A stretch of 64,000 nt of DNA from an uncultured beta proteobacterium (GTDB taxonomy: Bacteria; Pseudomonadota; Gammaproteobacteria; Burkholderiales; SG8-39): positions 3,409-67,408 of the forward strand of contig CAVVGT010000009.1 of the NCBI GenBank assembly GCA_963747775.1, read 5' to 3'. Position numbers and translations under genes: made by a program. This document shows, piece by piece, positions 19,593 to 28,636 of this stretch. Below the pieces are notes generated by a model. It was not told where the DNA came from. It was given only the letters and a program-made list of their open reading frames with translations, and ran no database searches. Every line of letters begins with the position of its first letter. Position 1 is the stretch's first letter.

Positions 19593-20056
19593 CCGCCGCC
19601 GCCCACATGGACCACGACCAGGACTACCCGGCGGACTATCTCGCGACCATCCTGAAGGAGGTGAAGACCATCGCCATGGTCGGCGCCAGTTCGGACCCCA
19701 CCAAGTTCAGCTATGGCGTGCTCAGGGTTCTGCACGAAACCGGCTACGACATGATCCCGGTCAATCCCAACGAGGCCGGGGGCGAGATCCGCGGGCTGCG
19801 GGTCTACGAATCGCTGGCCGCGATCGACCGGCCGGTGGACATGGTCCAGGTGTTCCGCAGCTCCGACGCGCTGCCCGGGATCGCGCGCGAGGCGATCGAT
19901 ATCGGCGCCAAGGTGCTGTGGGCGCAGCTTGGCGTGCGCAACGACGAGGCGGCCCGGCTGGCGGAGGCTGCGGGGCTGAAGGTCGTCATGAACCGCTGTC
20001 CGAAGATCGAGCTGTTCCGCCCGTTTTGGAAGCCCCGACTGAACCAGGCGCTTTAG
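19589..20056 (+). CDS. CoA-binding domain protein (YccU/YneT-like)
   Basis: KTIAMVGASSDPTKFSYGVLRVLHETGYDMIPVNP. ATGA overlap with the ferredoxin stop. Confidence 0.85.
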   Translation: MTAAAHMDHDQDYPADYLATILKEVKTIAMVGASSDPTKFSYGVLRVLHETGYDMIPVNPNEAGGEIRGLRVYESLAAIDRPVDMVQVFRSSDALPGIAREAIDIGAKVLWAQLGVRNDEAARLAEAAGLKVVMNRCPKIELFRPFWKPRLNQAL

Positions 20057-20174
20057 CCGCTCGCCGACAGGCTCGGCTGACGGGCGCCGTGATGCAGCAT
20101 TCATATAAGCTATAAAGCCCTCTTTATCGCGCTGCTATACTTTTCGCCCCCTTGAACTTTCCCAGGAGAAAGCC

Positions 20175-20741
20175 ATGGCGACAGCAAAGAACGACAAGCC
20201 CGTCAACAACGGCGTCAACGTCGAAGCGTTGTTCGGCGCGCAGGAGGCGCTGAAGAACGCGCCGGAAGCGGCAAAGTTCAAGTGGCGCTCGACGGTCGAG
20301 TGGATCAACGGCACCCACAGCCGCTCCACCATCGAGGGCTTCTACGGCCTGGGCGCCGAGCAGAAGCACAAGAAGCAGTTCACCTTCGACGCCGACCATC
20401 CCGAGGTGTTCGCAGCCGAAGACCACTCGGCCACGCCGGTGGAGATCGTCCTGGCCGGTCTCGCAAGCTGCCTGACCGCCGGCGTTGCGGCCGTCGCCCA
20501 GGCGCGCAAGATCCAGTTGCGCTCCGTGTCGGCGACGCTCGAGGCCGGGATGGACGTCCGCGGCATCCTCGGCATGGATGAGGACGTGCGCAACGGCTTC
20601 GACGGCATCAAGGTGACCTACAAGATCGACGCCGACGCGTCGCCCGCCGACATCAAGGCGATCGTCGCGCAGTCGCAGAAGCGCTCCGCGGTCTACGACA
20701 TCATCACCAACCCGACCAACGTCACGGTCGAGGTGGCGTAA
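20175..20741 (+). CDS. OsmC-family peroxiredoxin-like protein
   Basis: 188 aa with TPVEIVLAGLASCLTAG and KRSAVYDIITNP. AGGAGA RBS at 20164-20169. The 118-nt upstream gap is AT-rich. Confidence 0.85.
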   Translation: MATAKNDKPVNNGVNVEALFGAQEALKNAPEAAKFKWRSTVEWINGTHSRSTIEGFYGLGAEQKHKKQFTFDADHPEVFAAEDHSATPVEIVLAGLASCLTAGVAAVAQARKIQLRSVSATLEAGMDVRGILGMDEDVRNGFDGIKVTYKIDADASPADIKAIVAQSQKRSAVYDIITNPTNVTVEVA

Positions 20742-20772
20742 CGCCGCTTCGCCGTACGCGGCACCGCGCCGG

Positions 20773-22041
20773 GTGCGCACGACTGCCGTCGTCATCGGCG
20801 CGGGCCAGGCCGGGCTCGCCATGAGCTGGTGCCTCGCCGCGCGCTCGATCGACCACGTGGTCCTCGAGCGCGGCGAGGTCGCCAACACCTGGCGCACCGA
20901 GCGCTGGGATTCGCTCACCTTGCTCACCCCGAACTGGCAAAGCCGCCTGCCGGGGCTGGGGTACGAGGGCGACGATCCGGACGGTTTCCGGACCATGCCC
21001 GAGACCATCGCGTTCCTCGAGCGCTACGCGAAGCAGGTATCGCCGCCCCTGCAGACGCACTGCCCGGTCACTGCCGTGCGGCGCACAGCCGACGGCTACG
21101 AGGTCGTCGCCGGGCAGGGAACCTGGCATTGCAAGGCGGTCGTGCTTGCTACCGGCGCTTTCAACATCGCGCAGCTCCCGAAGCTGGCGGAATCGGTGCC
21201 GTCCGGCATCGCCCAGTTGTCCACCGCCCAGTACCGCAACGCGGGGAGCCTCGGGCCGGGCGGCGTGATGGTCGTCGGCGCGGCCGCCTCGGGCGCGCAG
21301 ATCGCCGACGAGATCCAGCGCTCGGGACGTCCCGTGACGCTGGCGGTGGGTGAGCACGTGCGCGCCCCCCGGACGTACCGCGGCAGGGACATCCAGTGGT
21401 GGATGGACGTGACGGGCCTGAACGATGAGCGCTACGACCAGGTCGAGAATCTGCGGCGCGCCCGCAACCTTTCCTCGTTCCAGATCGCGGGCTATCCCGA
21501 CCGCCGGAACATCGACCTGAACGCGCTCACGTCGCTCGGGGTGAAGCTCGTCGGCCGGCTGGCCGGGATTCAGGACGGCAAGGCCCAGTTCTCCGGATCG
21601 CTGCGCAATCTGTGCGAGCTCGCCGACCTCAAGCAGAACCGGCTGCTGAACACGTTCGACGAGTGGGCCACGGAGAACGGCGTGAGCGATGCGGTCGATC
21701 CGCCGCATCGCCCCGAGCCGACGCGCGTCGAAGCCTCGCCGCCGCTCGGGCTCGATCTCGGTCGCGCCGGGATCAGGACGATCGTGTGGGCGACCGGATT
21801 TCGCCCCGACTACGCCTGGCTGGAGGTCCCAGTCCTCGACCACAAGGGCAACATCCGCCACGATGGCGGCGTCGTGACGGAAGCGCCCGGCCTGTACGTT
21901 ATGGGCCTGCCGTTCCTGCGGCGCCGGAAGTCGAGCCTCATCGACGGGGCCGGCGACGATGCGCGTGATCTGAGCGCTCACCTCGCGGCCCATCTCGGCG
22001 CGCGGAGCGCCGGCCTGAGCGCGGCGGCCTCCGACGCCTGA
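20773..22041 (+). CDS. flavin-containing monooxygenase-like NAD(P)/FAD oxidoreductase (COG2072/CzcO-type)
   Basis: GTG start. VVIGAGQAGLA and VMVVGAAASGAQIA form two dinucleotide-binding motifs, and there is a WATGFRPDY tail. Confidence 0.8.
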   Translation: MRTTAVVIGAGQAGLAMSWCLAARSIDHVVLERGEVANTWRTERWDSLTLLTPNWQSRLPGLGYEGDDPDGFRTMPETIAFLERYAKQVSPPLQTHCPVTAVRRTADGYEVVAGQGTWHCKAVVLATGAFNIAQLPKLAESVPSGIAQLSTAQYRNAGSLGPGGVMVVGAAASGAQIADEIQRSGRPVTLAVGEHVRAPRTYRGRDIQWWMDVTGLNDERYDQVENLRRARNLSSFQIAGYPDRRNIDLNALTSLGVKLVGRLAGIQDGKAQFSGSLRNLCELADLKQNRLLNTFDEWATENGVSDAVDPPHRPEPTRVEASPPLGLDLGRAGIRTIVWATGFRPDYAWLEVPVLDHKGNIRHDGGVVTEAPGLYVMGLPFLRRRKSSLIDGAGDDARDLSAHLAAHLGARSAGLSAAASDA

Positions 22042-22091
22042 TCGAAAAGCAACGCAGCGCTCGGAGAGGCGTTGCCGCGCGGCAGCGCTGT

Positions 22092-23846
22092 TCAAACAGT
22101 AGATCGGGCAACGGCAGCCGAACCGGCTGCAGCCGGGGTCAGCGTGAACGAATGCGCCGCATCCGCGGCGCATTTCGCGGCGAGATACCCGAACGTCATC
22201 GCAATGCCGATCTGCGCGCCCGGCCCTGGATACTCGCCGCCTATCACCGACTGCATGTCGTTGCCGCAGGCGTAGAGGCCGCCGATCGGCGCCCCGGCGG
22301 CGTCGAGAACCCGCGCGTTCGCATCGGTGCGCACGCCGAGGCTGGTGCCGAGCGGCGTCGGATACACCTTGACGGCGCAGAACGGCGAGGTCTCGATCGG
22401 CCCGAGGCACGGATTCGGCCCGTGCTCCGGATCGCCGTTGCAGCGGTCGTAGCTCGTGCCGCCCTTGCGGAAATCGGCATCCATGCCGGTTCGGGCGAAG
22501 ACGTTGTTCGCCCCGACCGTCTCCGCGAGCCCGACCGGGTCCACACCGGCGCGACGCGCCAAATCCTCGAGCGTCGCACCCGAGACGAGGTAGCCGCGTC
22601 GCACGAACGGCGCGAGCGACGGCGTGCGCGGGCGGATCATCCCGAGCCCGTACTTCCAGACGAAGCGGCGGTCGCAGACGAGGATCGCCGGAATCGTCGG
22701 GACGCCGCGATGCGAGCGGTACATCGCGCGCACGAACTCGTGGTACGAAACCGCCTCGTCGACGAAGCGCCGGCCGCTCGCGTTCACGGCGACGAGACCG
22801 GGCTTCGAGCGGTCGAGCGCGATGTGCGGGAAGACGGCCATGCTGCCGTCGTCGCGCTGCGCGATCGAGCTCGGAAACCACAGCGCGTTGTCCTCGCCCT
22901 CCGGGCCGAGCGCGGCGCCGACCTCCTGCGCGAGCGAAAGCGTCGTGCCCGTGCAGGTCTCGCACGCGGCCGTGTACTCGGCGACGGGGCTTGGCAGGTA
23001 GCGCGCACGCAGCGCGGCGCTGGCTGGAAAGCCGCCACCGGCCAGCACGACGCCATGCCGCGCGGCGATGCGCCGCCCACCTTCCGGCGTGACGATGTGG
23101 AGCGCCGTCACGCGGTTGCCCTCGCGGACCAGGCGCACGGTGCGCGTGCCGAGCAGGATCGCCACGCCGCGCGCGCGCAGGTCGCGGAGGAGCCTAGCGA
23201 TGAGCGCGTTGCCGAGGACGAGCCGGGTCCCGCGCCTGTAGCGGAGGCGATCGCGCGCGTAGCGGGTCAAGAGCGATGCGCCGAGCCGGAGCGAGTCTAG
23301 CGACCGGTGCACGCGCAGGAGCCGCACCGCCTCGCCGCGCGTCACCATCATGCCTCCGAACAGCATCAGCTCGCGCAGCGGCGAGCGAAGCTTGTCGAAG
23401 TCGTCGCCGAGCGTACGGCCGTCGAACGCCAGCGGCTCCAGCGGCCGTCCGCCCTGCCCGGCGCCCGGCAGGTCCTGCCGGTAGTCGGGACTCTGCGCGT
23501 AGGGCTTGAACCGCACCTCCGTGCGTTCGTGCAGGAGGTCGATCATCGGCGGGCCTGCTGCAATGAATGCTTCGCGCAGCGAGCGGTCGGCGCGCTCGCC
23601 CACGAGCGCGTCGAGATAGGCGCGCGCCGCCTCCGGGTCGTCGGTCGAGCCCAGCGCGCGCTGGTGCCGGTTGTCCGGGATCCACACGGTCCCCGAGGAC
23701 AGCGCCGTCGTTCCGCCGATCCGGTCGCTCGCTTCGACGAGCAGCGGGCGCAGGCCTTCGAGCGAGGCGACGAGCGCCGCGGTCATGCCTCCTGCGCCTG
23801 ATCCCAGCACGACCAGGTCGAATGCTTCGTCGGCGCTCCCGCTCAT
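22092..23846 (-). CDS. FAD-binding dehydrogenase (3-ketosteroid-delta1-dehydrogenase / fumarate-reductase flavoprotein-like)
   Basis: FDLVVLGSGAGGMTAALVASLEG, GGTTALSSGTVW and the C-terminal GLYACGND motif. Confidence 0.8.
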   Translation of the reverse strand: MSGSADEAFDLVVLGSGAGGMTAALVASLEGLRPLLVEASDRIGGTTALSSGTVWIPDNRHQRALGSTDDPEAARAYLDALVGERADRSLREAFIAAGPPMIDLLHERTEVRFKPYAQSPDYRQDLPGAGQGGRPLEPLAFDGRTLGDDFDKLRSPLRELMLFGGMMVTRGEAVRLLRVHRSLDSLRLGASLLTRYARDRLRYRRGTRLVLGNALIARLLRDLRARGVAILLGTRTVRLVREGNRVTALHIVTPEGGRRIAARHGVVLAGGGFPASAALRARYLPSPVAEYTAACETCTGTTLSLAQEVGAALGPEGEDNALWFPSSIAQRDDGSMAVFPHIALDRSKPGLVAVNASGRRFVDEAVSYHEFVRAMYRSHRGVPTIPAILVCDRRFVWKYGLGMIRPRTPSLAPFVRRGYLVSGATLEDLARRAGVDPVGLAETVGANNVFARTGMDADFRKGGTSYDRCNGDPEHGPNPCLGPIETSPFCAVKVYPTPLGTSLGVRTDANARVLDAAGAPIGGLYACGNDMQSVIGGEYPGPGAQIGIAMTFGYLAAKCAADAAHSFTLTPAAAGSAAVARSTV

Positions 23847-23892
23847 GGGCGACTCCTCAAGCGTCGGGCATCACGCCGGACGCACGTCGGCT

Positions 23893-24087
23893 TCAGGCGA
23901 CCTTCGCGGACGATCGTCCTCGGTAGCCGAGCTCGTCGGACAGCTGGGCCGCCACCCGGACGAGGTAGCGCGAATTCTCGTGTAGCGACTGAAGCGGCAG
24001 CCGCCACATCGGCCCGGACACTCCGATCGCGCCGGCCACGCGGCCGAGAAAGTCGTGCACCAGCACGGCGACGCAGCGCGCTTTGCC
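23893..24087 (-). pseudogene. IclR-family regulator, C-terminal ~65 codons only
   Basis: Hand translation gives GKARCVAVLVHDFLGRVAGAIGVSGPMWRLPLQSLHENSRYLVRVAAQLSDELGYRG-stop, the typical end of an IclR effector domain. There is no start codon or HTH, and the upstream space is occupied by the + strand gene at 24192. Confidence 0.6.
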
Positions 24088-24128
24088 CCTGCGGCGGGTG
24101 CCTGTGCATATAATTCCTCGTATCGTGG

Positions 24129-24144
24129 AATGTCAACCGACATT
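24129..24144. promoter_or_regulatory. palindrome AATGTC-AACC-GACATT upstream of the first SDR gene
   Basis: A perfect 6-bp inverted repeat with a 4-nt spacer, ~50 nt upstream of the ATG at 24192. Operator function is only inferred. Confidence 0.3.
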
Positions 24145-24191
24145 GTCGTAACGGACACGACAGCGTCCGGCCACCGAAAGGACGTCGATCG

Positions 24192-25163
24192 ATGCCGATC
24201 CTTGTCACGGGCGCGATGGGACATGTCGGCTACGAGACGGTCCGCGAGGCGCTGTCGCGCGGCCACGCAGTGGTCGCGCAGTATCGCAGCGTGTTCCGCG
24301 AGGACGATGCGGCCGCGCTCGGCGACAAGGTGACGTGGGTCCGCTGCGATCTCGCGGACGCGGCGCAACTCGCCACGCTTCTCGACGGCCATCGCGTCGA
24401 TGGGTGCATCCACACGGCGGCGGTGCCCAACGAGCAGTTCGCGCGCGGGGACCCGCTCGGCACGATCGACGCGAACGTCGTTGCCGTCGGCCGCCTGCTC
24501 GACGCGGCGCGCACGCGGCACTGGCGGCGCTTCATCTACACGAGCACCGGTTCGGTCTTTCAGAAAGTCACCGACGTCACGCAGCCGATCCTGGAGGACG
24601 CGACGCCGAGCGCGACGAACGTCTACAGCACGACCAAGTACGCGGGCGAGCTGCTGACCGCGATGTACCGCTCGCAGTTCGACCTGCCGGCGGCGACCGT
24701 CCGCATTTCCTGGGTGTACGGCCCGCCGCTCGTGCCGAAGGTGCGCCAGAACCCGCGCGGCCCGATCCCCGTGTTCCTGAAGCTCGCGCTTTCGGGCAAG
24801 GCGATCCGCGAGCCGTCCGGTCGCGACTTCGGCGCCACCTACACCTACGTCGCCGACGTCGCCTCGGGCCTGCTCGCTGCGTACGAAGCCGGCAAGCTCT
24901 CGCATTCGACCTACCACTTGAGTTGCGGCCGCAACATCTCCACGGCGGAGGTGGCGGCGGCGGTGCGAGCCGCGGTACCGGGGGCACTCATCGAGGTCGG
25001 GCCCGGTACGGCGCCATGGACCGATCATACGAAGATGCGCGGGCCGCTCGCGGGGACGCGGCTTCTGGACGACGCGGGTTTCGCGCCACGCTACTCGATC
25101 GAGCAGGGCGTGAAGGCGTTCGCCGATTGGATGGGCGCGCATCCGGAGGTCGTTCACGACTAG
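24192..25163 (+). CDS. NAD-dependent epimerase/dehydratase (extended SDR) 1
   Basis: ILVTGAMGHVG Rossmann motif and catalytic YSTTK (YxxxK). 323 aa. Confidence 0.85.
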   Translation: MPILVTGAMGHVGYETVREALSRGHAVVAQYRSVFREDDAAALGDKVTWVRCDLADAAQLATLLDGHRVDGCIHTAAVPNEQFARGDPLGTIDANVVAVGRLLDAARTRHWRRFIYTSTGSVFQKVTDVTQPILEDATPSATNVYSTTKYAGELLTAMYRSQFDLPAATVRISWVYGPPLVPKVRQNPRGPIPVFLKLALSGKAIREPSGRDFGATYTYVADVASGLLAAYEAGKLSHSTYHLSCGRNISTAEVAAAVRAAVPGALIEVGPGTAPWTDHTKMRGPLAGTRLLDDAGFAPRYSIEQGVKAFADWMGAHPEVVHD

Positions 25164-25213
25164 ACCGAACGCGAGCGCGACAGGTAGCGACGGCGACGAG
25201 GAGGACGACGGCC

Positions 25214-26113
25214 ATGCGGTTCGCGAACGTGCTGGTGACGGGCTCGGGCGGCCTGCTCGGCCGCCATGTCCTGCGCGAGCTTGCCGGGCGCTGCAGCGTG
25301 TCGGGATTCGACCGGAAGCGCGCGCCCGAGGACGCGCCACAGGCCCTCGGGGACGTCACGGACCTCGCCGCCGTGCGCGAAGCGTGTGCCGGCAAGGACG
25401 CCGTCGTGCACATCGCCGCGCTTGCGAACATCTGGAGCGGGCCAGGCGATCGCCTCATGACGGTGAACGTCACCGGCACGTGGAACGTGCTGCAGGCGGC
25501 CGAGGACGCGGGCGTCCGGCGCGTCGTCCTGTGCAGCAGCGACTCGGTCGTCGGCTTCACGGTCCTGTCCGGCGCGATGCTGCCGCCTGACTATGCGCCC
25601 GTCGACCTTGCGCATCCGCTGCGCGCGAGCGACCCGTATGCGTTGAGCAAGGTCTTGGGCGAGCGGCTCGGCGCCGCGTTCGTCGAGCGCGGCAAGCTCG
25701 AGGTGGTTGCGCTGCGGCCGGTCTTCATCCTCTATCCCGAGATGATCCCCGAAGTGTTGGCGCGCGCGCAGGACCCGGCACGCTACAAGGGCCCGATGGC
25801 CGGCGGGCCAAGCGCCGCCGGTGGCGGCCCGCTCTGGCACTACGTCGATCCGCGGGACGCGGCGCGCGCGTTCCGGCTCGCGCTCGAGGTGGAGCGTTGC
25901 GCGGGCTTCGAGGGCATCTTCATCAGTGCGGCGTCCACGCTGGCGCCGGAACCGACGCTCGAGCGGCTGGAGCGGACCCTGCGGCGCCGCGTGAGCGTGC
26001 GCCGCCCCGCCGTCTACGCGCGCAATCCGTACGCCCCGCTCTACGATCTCGCTCCCGCGCGCGACCTGCTGGGGTTCGAGCCGGAGCACGACCTGCGCCA
26101 CCTGATCCCTTGA
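25214..26113 (+). CDS. NAD-dependent epimerase/dehydratase (extended SDR) 2
   Basis: In-frame ATG at 25214 within track ORF 24335..26113. VLVTGSGGLLG, YALSK, TGTWNVLQAAEDAGVRRVV. Confidence 0.85.
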   Translation: MRFANVLVTGSGGLLGRHVLRELAGRCSVSGFDRKRAPEDAPQALGDVTDLAAVREACAGKDAVVHIAALANIWSGPGDRLMTVNVTGTWNVLQAAEDAGVRRVVLCSSDSVVGFTVLSGAMLPPDYAPVDLAHPLRASDPYALSKVLGERLGAAFVERGKLEVVALRPVFILYPEMIPEVLARAQDPARYKGPMAGGPSAAGGGPLWHYVDPRDAARAFRLALEVERCAGFEGIFISAASTLAPEPTLERLERTLRRRVSVRRPAVYARNPYAPLYDLAPARDLLGFEPEHDLRHLIP

Positions 26114-26118
26114 GCGAC

Positions 26119-26427
26119 ATGGAGACCGGCATGGTGTTCCACACCGCCCACCTGCGCGTTCGACCGGACGTGATCGCGCCGTTCAAGGCGCGCATCGAGC
26201 GCCATGCGCGCACGAGCGTGACGAAGGAGCCCGGCTGCAGCCGCTTCGACGTGCTCCAGGAGCGCAGCGATCCGACCTTGTTCCTGCTGATCGAGTGCTA
26301 CGACGACGACGCTGCGTTCCAGGCGCACCGCAGCTCGGCGCACTTCCTCGCGTTCCGCGAGGACGTGAAGGACTGGGTCGTCGAACGGACCTGGTGGTAC
26401 TGGGACCCGGTGGTCTCGCCGACGTAA
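26119..26427 (+). CDS. antibiotic-biosynthesis-monooxygenase (ABM) domain protein
   Basis: 102 aa with ferredoxin-like ABM features (FLLIECYDDDAAFQAHRSSAHFLAFRE). The start lies 5 nt after the SDR2 stop. Confidence 0.75.
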   Translation: METGMVFHTAHLRVRPDVIAPFKARIERHARTSVTKEPGCSRFDVLQERSDPTLFLLIECYDDDAAFQAHRSSAHFLAFREDVKDWVVERTWWYWDPVVSPT

Positions 26428-26447
26428 CGGCACCTCCCCGCTTCCTG

Positions 26448-26476
26448 TTGACAGTGCCTGCGGGCGATGGTATTTC
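26448..26476 (+). promoter_or_regulatory. candidate sigma70-type promoter (TTGACA-17 nt-TATTTC)
   Basis: A perfect -35 hexamer at 26448-26453, a 17-nt spacer and a weak -10 at 26471-26476. It lies in the 220-nt gap before the third SDR gene. Confidence 0.3.
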
Positions 26477-26649
26477 GCCACATCGGACCGGCTTCTACAT
26501 TGGGAAACGCCGGGCTCCCAGGAGCAGCGGTGCGAGCACGACATCTTGCATCTCGAGTCATGCACGCGCCCTCCCCGCGCCGTTGCGCGGCCGCCCGTCG
26601 CGCGCCCCCACGGCACTGAAGTTCCTTCGACCGGACGGGGGAGCAGCGA

Positions 26650-27519
26650 ATGGGATTCGAGAAAGTCGCGTGCACGGGCGGCAGCGGCCGGCTCGGCCGG
26701 TACGTGACCGACGACCTCCGCGAGCGCTGTGCGCTCACCGTGCTCGACGTGAAGCCCCCGCCATCGCCAGGCATCCGGTACGTGGACGCGAGCATCCTCG
26801 ATTACGCCGCTTTGAAGCGCGCGTTCGCAGGCCAGGACGCCATCGTCCACCTGGCCGCCATTCCCAATCCGCGCACGGCATCCCCCGACGTCACGTTCCA
26901 CACCAACGTCCAGGGCACGTGGAACGTGCTGCAGGCGGCGGAGGACGCGGGCGTGCGTCGCGTGGTCGTCGCCTCGAGCGACGCGGCCCTCGGCCTGCAC
27001 TACAACCCGCCGGGCTACGGCCCGCAGTACCTCCCTATCGACGAAGCGCATCCGCTGCGCCCGATCGAGTGCTATTCGCTCAGCAAGGAAGCAACGGAGG
27101 CGATGTGCCGAAGCTACGCGAACCGCGGCAACCTCGAGGTGCTCGCGATCCGTCCGACGCACATCGTGTTCCCGCCCGAGTATCCGGAGCTCGAGGCGCG
27201 CGGCGCCGACGTGCAGAATTACCACGTCTGGACGTACGTCTCGCCGGAGGACGTGGCGCAGGGCTTCCGCCGCGCGCTGGAGATCGCGAAGGCACCTTGG
27301 CAGGCGTTCTTCATCTCGGCGGGGGACGGACTCAACACGCGCCCGACGCTCGACATGCTGCGCGAGCGCTACGGCGTCCTCCCGCCGATCCGCAGTCCTG
27401 ACCACTTCCGCCGCAACCCGCTCGCCTCGATCCTCGACATCACCCGCGCGCGCGAGGTGCTCGGGTTCGAGCCGACGAGCAACTGGCGGACCATGGCCGC
27501 CGCTGCGACCACGGCCTAG
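26650..27519 (+). CDS. NAD-dependent epimerase/dehydratase (extended SDR) 3
   Basis: VACTGGSGRLG and YSLSK. It shares the block QGTWNVLQAAEDAGVRRVV with SDR2, so the two are paralogues. Confidence 0.85.
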   Translation: MGFEKVACTGGSGRLGRYVTDDLRERCALTVLDVKPPPSPGIRYVDASILDYAALKRAFAGQDAIVHLAAIPNPRTASPDVTFHTNVQGTWNVLQAAEDAGVRRVVVASSDAALGLHYNPPGYGPQYLPIDEAHPLRPIECYSLSKEATEAMCRSYANRGNLEVLAIRPTHIVFPPEYPELEARGADVQNYHVWTYVSPEDVAQGFRRALEIAKAPWQAFFISAGDGLNTRPTLDMLRERYGVLPPIRSPDHFRRNPLASILDITRAREVLGFEPTSNWRTMAAAATTA

Positions 27520-27585
27520 CAGGCCCCTTCCAGTCACCCGATCGCCGCTGATCCCTCCTCACATTCCACCGATGGGCCTCCTGTC

Positions 27586-28422
27586 ATGAGCCGTGGCGCC
27601 GCCTCGTTCGCCGTCAACACCTACTCGTACACGCTGAGCCATCGCGTCGGCGACTGCCTCGTTTCGCTTATGCGCCGGGGCTACAGCGAGTTCGAGCTGA
27701 TGATGTATCCGGACCATCTATGGCCCGCCGACACCGATGGGGCCGCACGGCGGCAGCTGCGCCAGTTCATCGAGTCGAACGGCCTGCACGTCACGACGCT
27801 CAACATGCCCAACATCGATCTCAACGTGGCCGGCGCGGCGGCGGAGATGCGGGCATATACGCTCGCGAACCTGCGCGGTGTGGTCGAGCTCGCCGGCGAC
27901 CTCGGCGCGCCCGGCGTGGTGATCGGCCCGGGCAAGGCGAATCCGCTCATGCCCGCGCCTGCCGCGCGGCTGACCGGATACTTCTTCACGGCGCTCGACG
28001 AGCTCGTGCCCCTCGCGGAGCGCGTCGGCACCTCGATCTACGTCGAGAACATGCCGTTCGCGTTCCTGCCGGGCATCGATGCCTTGCTCGCCGCGCTCGA
28101 CCGCTACGGCAACGACGGCATCGGCATCGTGTACGACGTCGCGAACGGGCACTTCATCGGCGAGGACGTCAGCGCGGCGCTGCGCAAGTGCCGCCGGCGC
28201 CTCAGGATCGTGCATCTCTCCGACACGAACCAGAAGGTCTATCGCCACGACCCGGTCGGGCTCGGGACCGTCGACTTCGCGCCGATTCCTGCCGTGCTCG
28301 CGGAGATCGGCTACGACAAGCGCCCGATCCTCGAGATCATCTCCACGAACGCCGACCGCGACATCGACGACAGCGTCGCCCAGCTCTTGAGCCTGGGCTG
28401 GGCGCGCGCGCCGGCGCACTGA
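27586..28422 (+). CDS. sugar phosphate isomerase/epimerase (xylose-isomerase-like TIM barrel)
   Basis: 278 aa with typical AP_endonuc_2 family features (GYSEFELM, IYVENMP, IVHLSDTN). Confidence 0.85.
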   Translation: MSRGAASFAVNTYSYTLSHRVGDCLVSLMRRGYSEFELMMYPDHLWPADTDGAARRQLRQFIESNGLHVTTLNMPNIDLNVAGAAAEMRAYTLANLRGVVELAGDLGAPGVVIGPGKANPLMPAPAARLTGYFFTALDELVPLAERVGTSIYVENMPFAFLPGIDALLAALDRYGNDGIGIVYDVANGHFIGEDVSAALRKCRRRLRIVHLSDTNQKVYRHDPVGLGTVDFAPIPAVLAEIGYDKRPILEIISTNADRDIDDSVAQLLSLGWARAPAH

Positions 28423-28603
28423 AGCGCGCCGCACTGCGCATGGCCACGGTGGCGCCTCTCGCAGTCGGCCAGGTCGTCCGCGGCCTTGACGTCGCGCTGC
28501 GCCCCGGCGTGTCGATGCAGCGCGCGACCGAGCCCGAGCACAACCGGCTCGAGTGCGTGCACTACTGCGACCCCGACTCCTACCGGCCGCAGGAGGGACG
28601 CAA

Positions 28604-28636
28604 ATGAGCGGGCAGCGCGCGGCGCGCGGCACATGA
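28604..28636 (+). other. 10-codon leader ORF (MSGQRAARGT) with strong RBS, ATGA-coupled to the permease start
   Basis: AGGAGG at 28591-28596 lies 7 nt before the ATG at 28604. Its TGA (28634-28636) overlaps the permease ATG (28633), and the permease ATG has no Shine-Dalgarno of its own. Confidence 0.35.

Noticed and set aside
20101-20160. AT-rich segment with TATAAGC/TATAAAGC direct repeat upstream of the OsmC gene as a defined operator or promoter
   Set aside because: It is plausibly a promoter, but I cannot place convincing -35/-10 hexamers or a palindrome. It is left as a remark in the OsmC evidence only.
20722-22965. 747-aa minus-strand ORF, the longest in the track
   Set aside because: It is extremely Arg/Ala/Gly/Pro-rich with no recognisable motifs. 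It runs antisense to the well-supported flavin monooxygenase gene and out of frame across the start of the FAD dehydrogenase gene, which is a typical high-GC shadow ORF.
23871-25340. 489-aa minus-strand ORF and other long shadow ORFs (24335..26113 N-terminal part, 26041..27537, 29307..30887, 35769..37067, 41943..43472, 44213..45655, 45351..47246, 47066..48583, 50791..52128, 52193..53416, 55714..57030, 57477..58811, 61673..63013)
   Set aside because: All overlap genes with strong motif support on the other strand or frame. They have the Arg/Pro/Gly-rich composition expected from off-frame translation of ~68 percent GC DNA.
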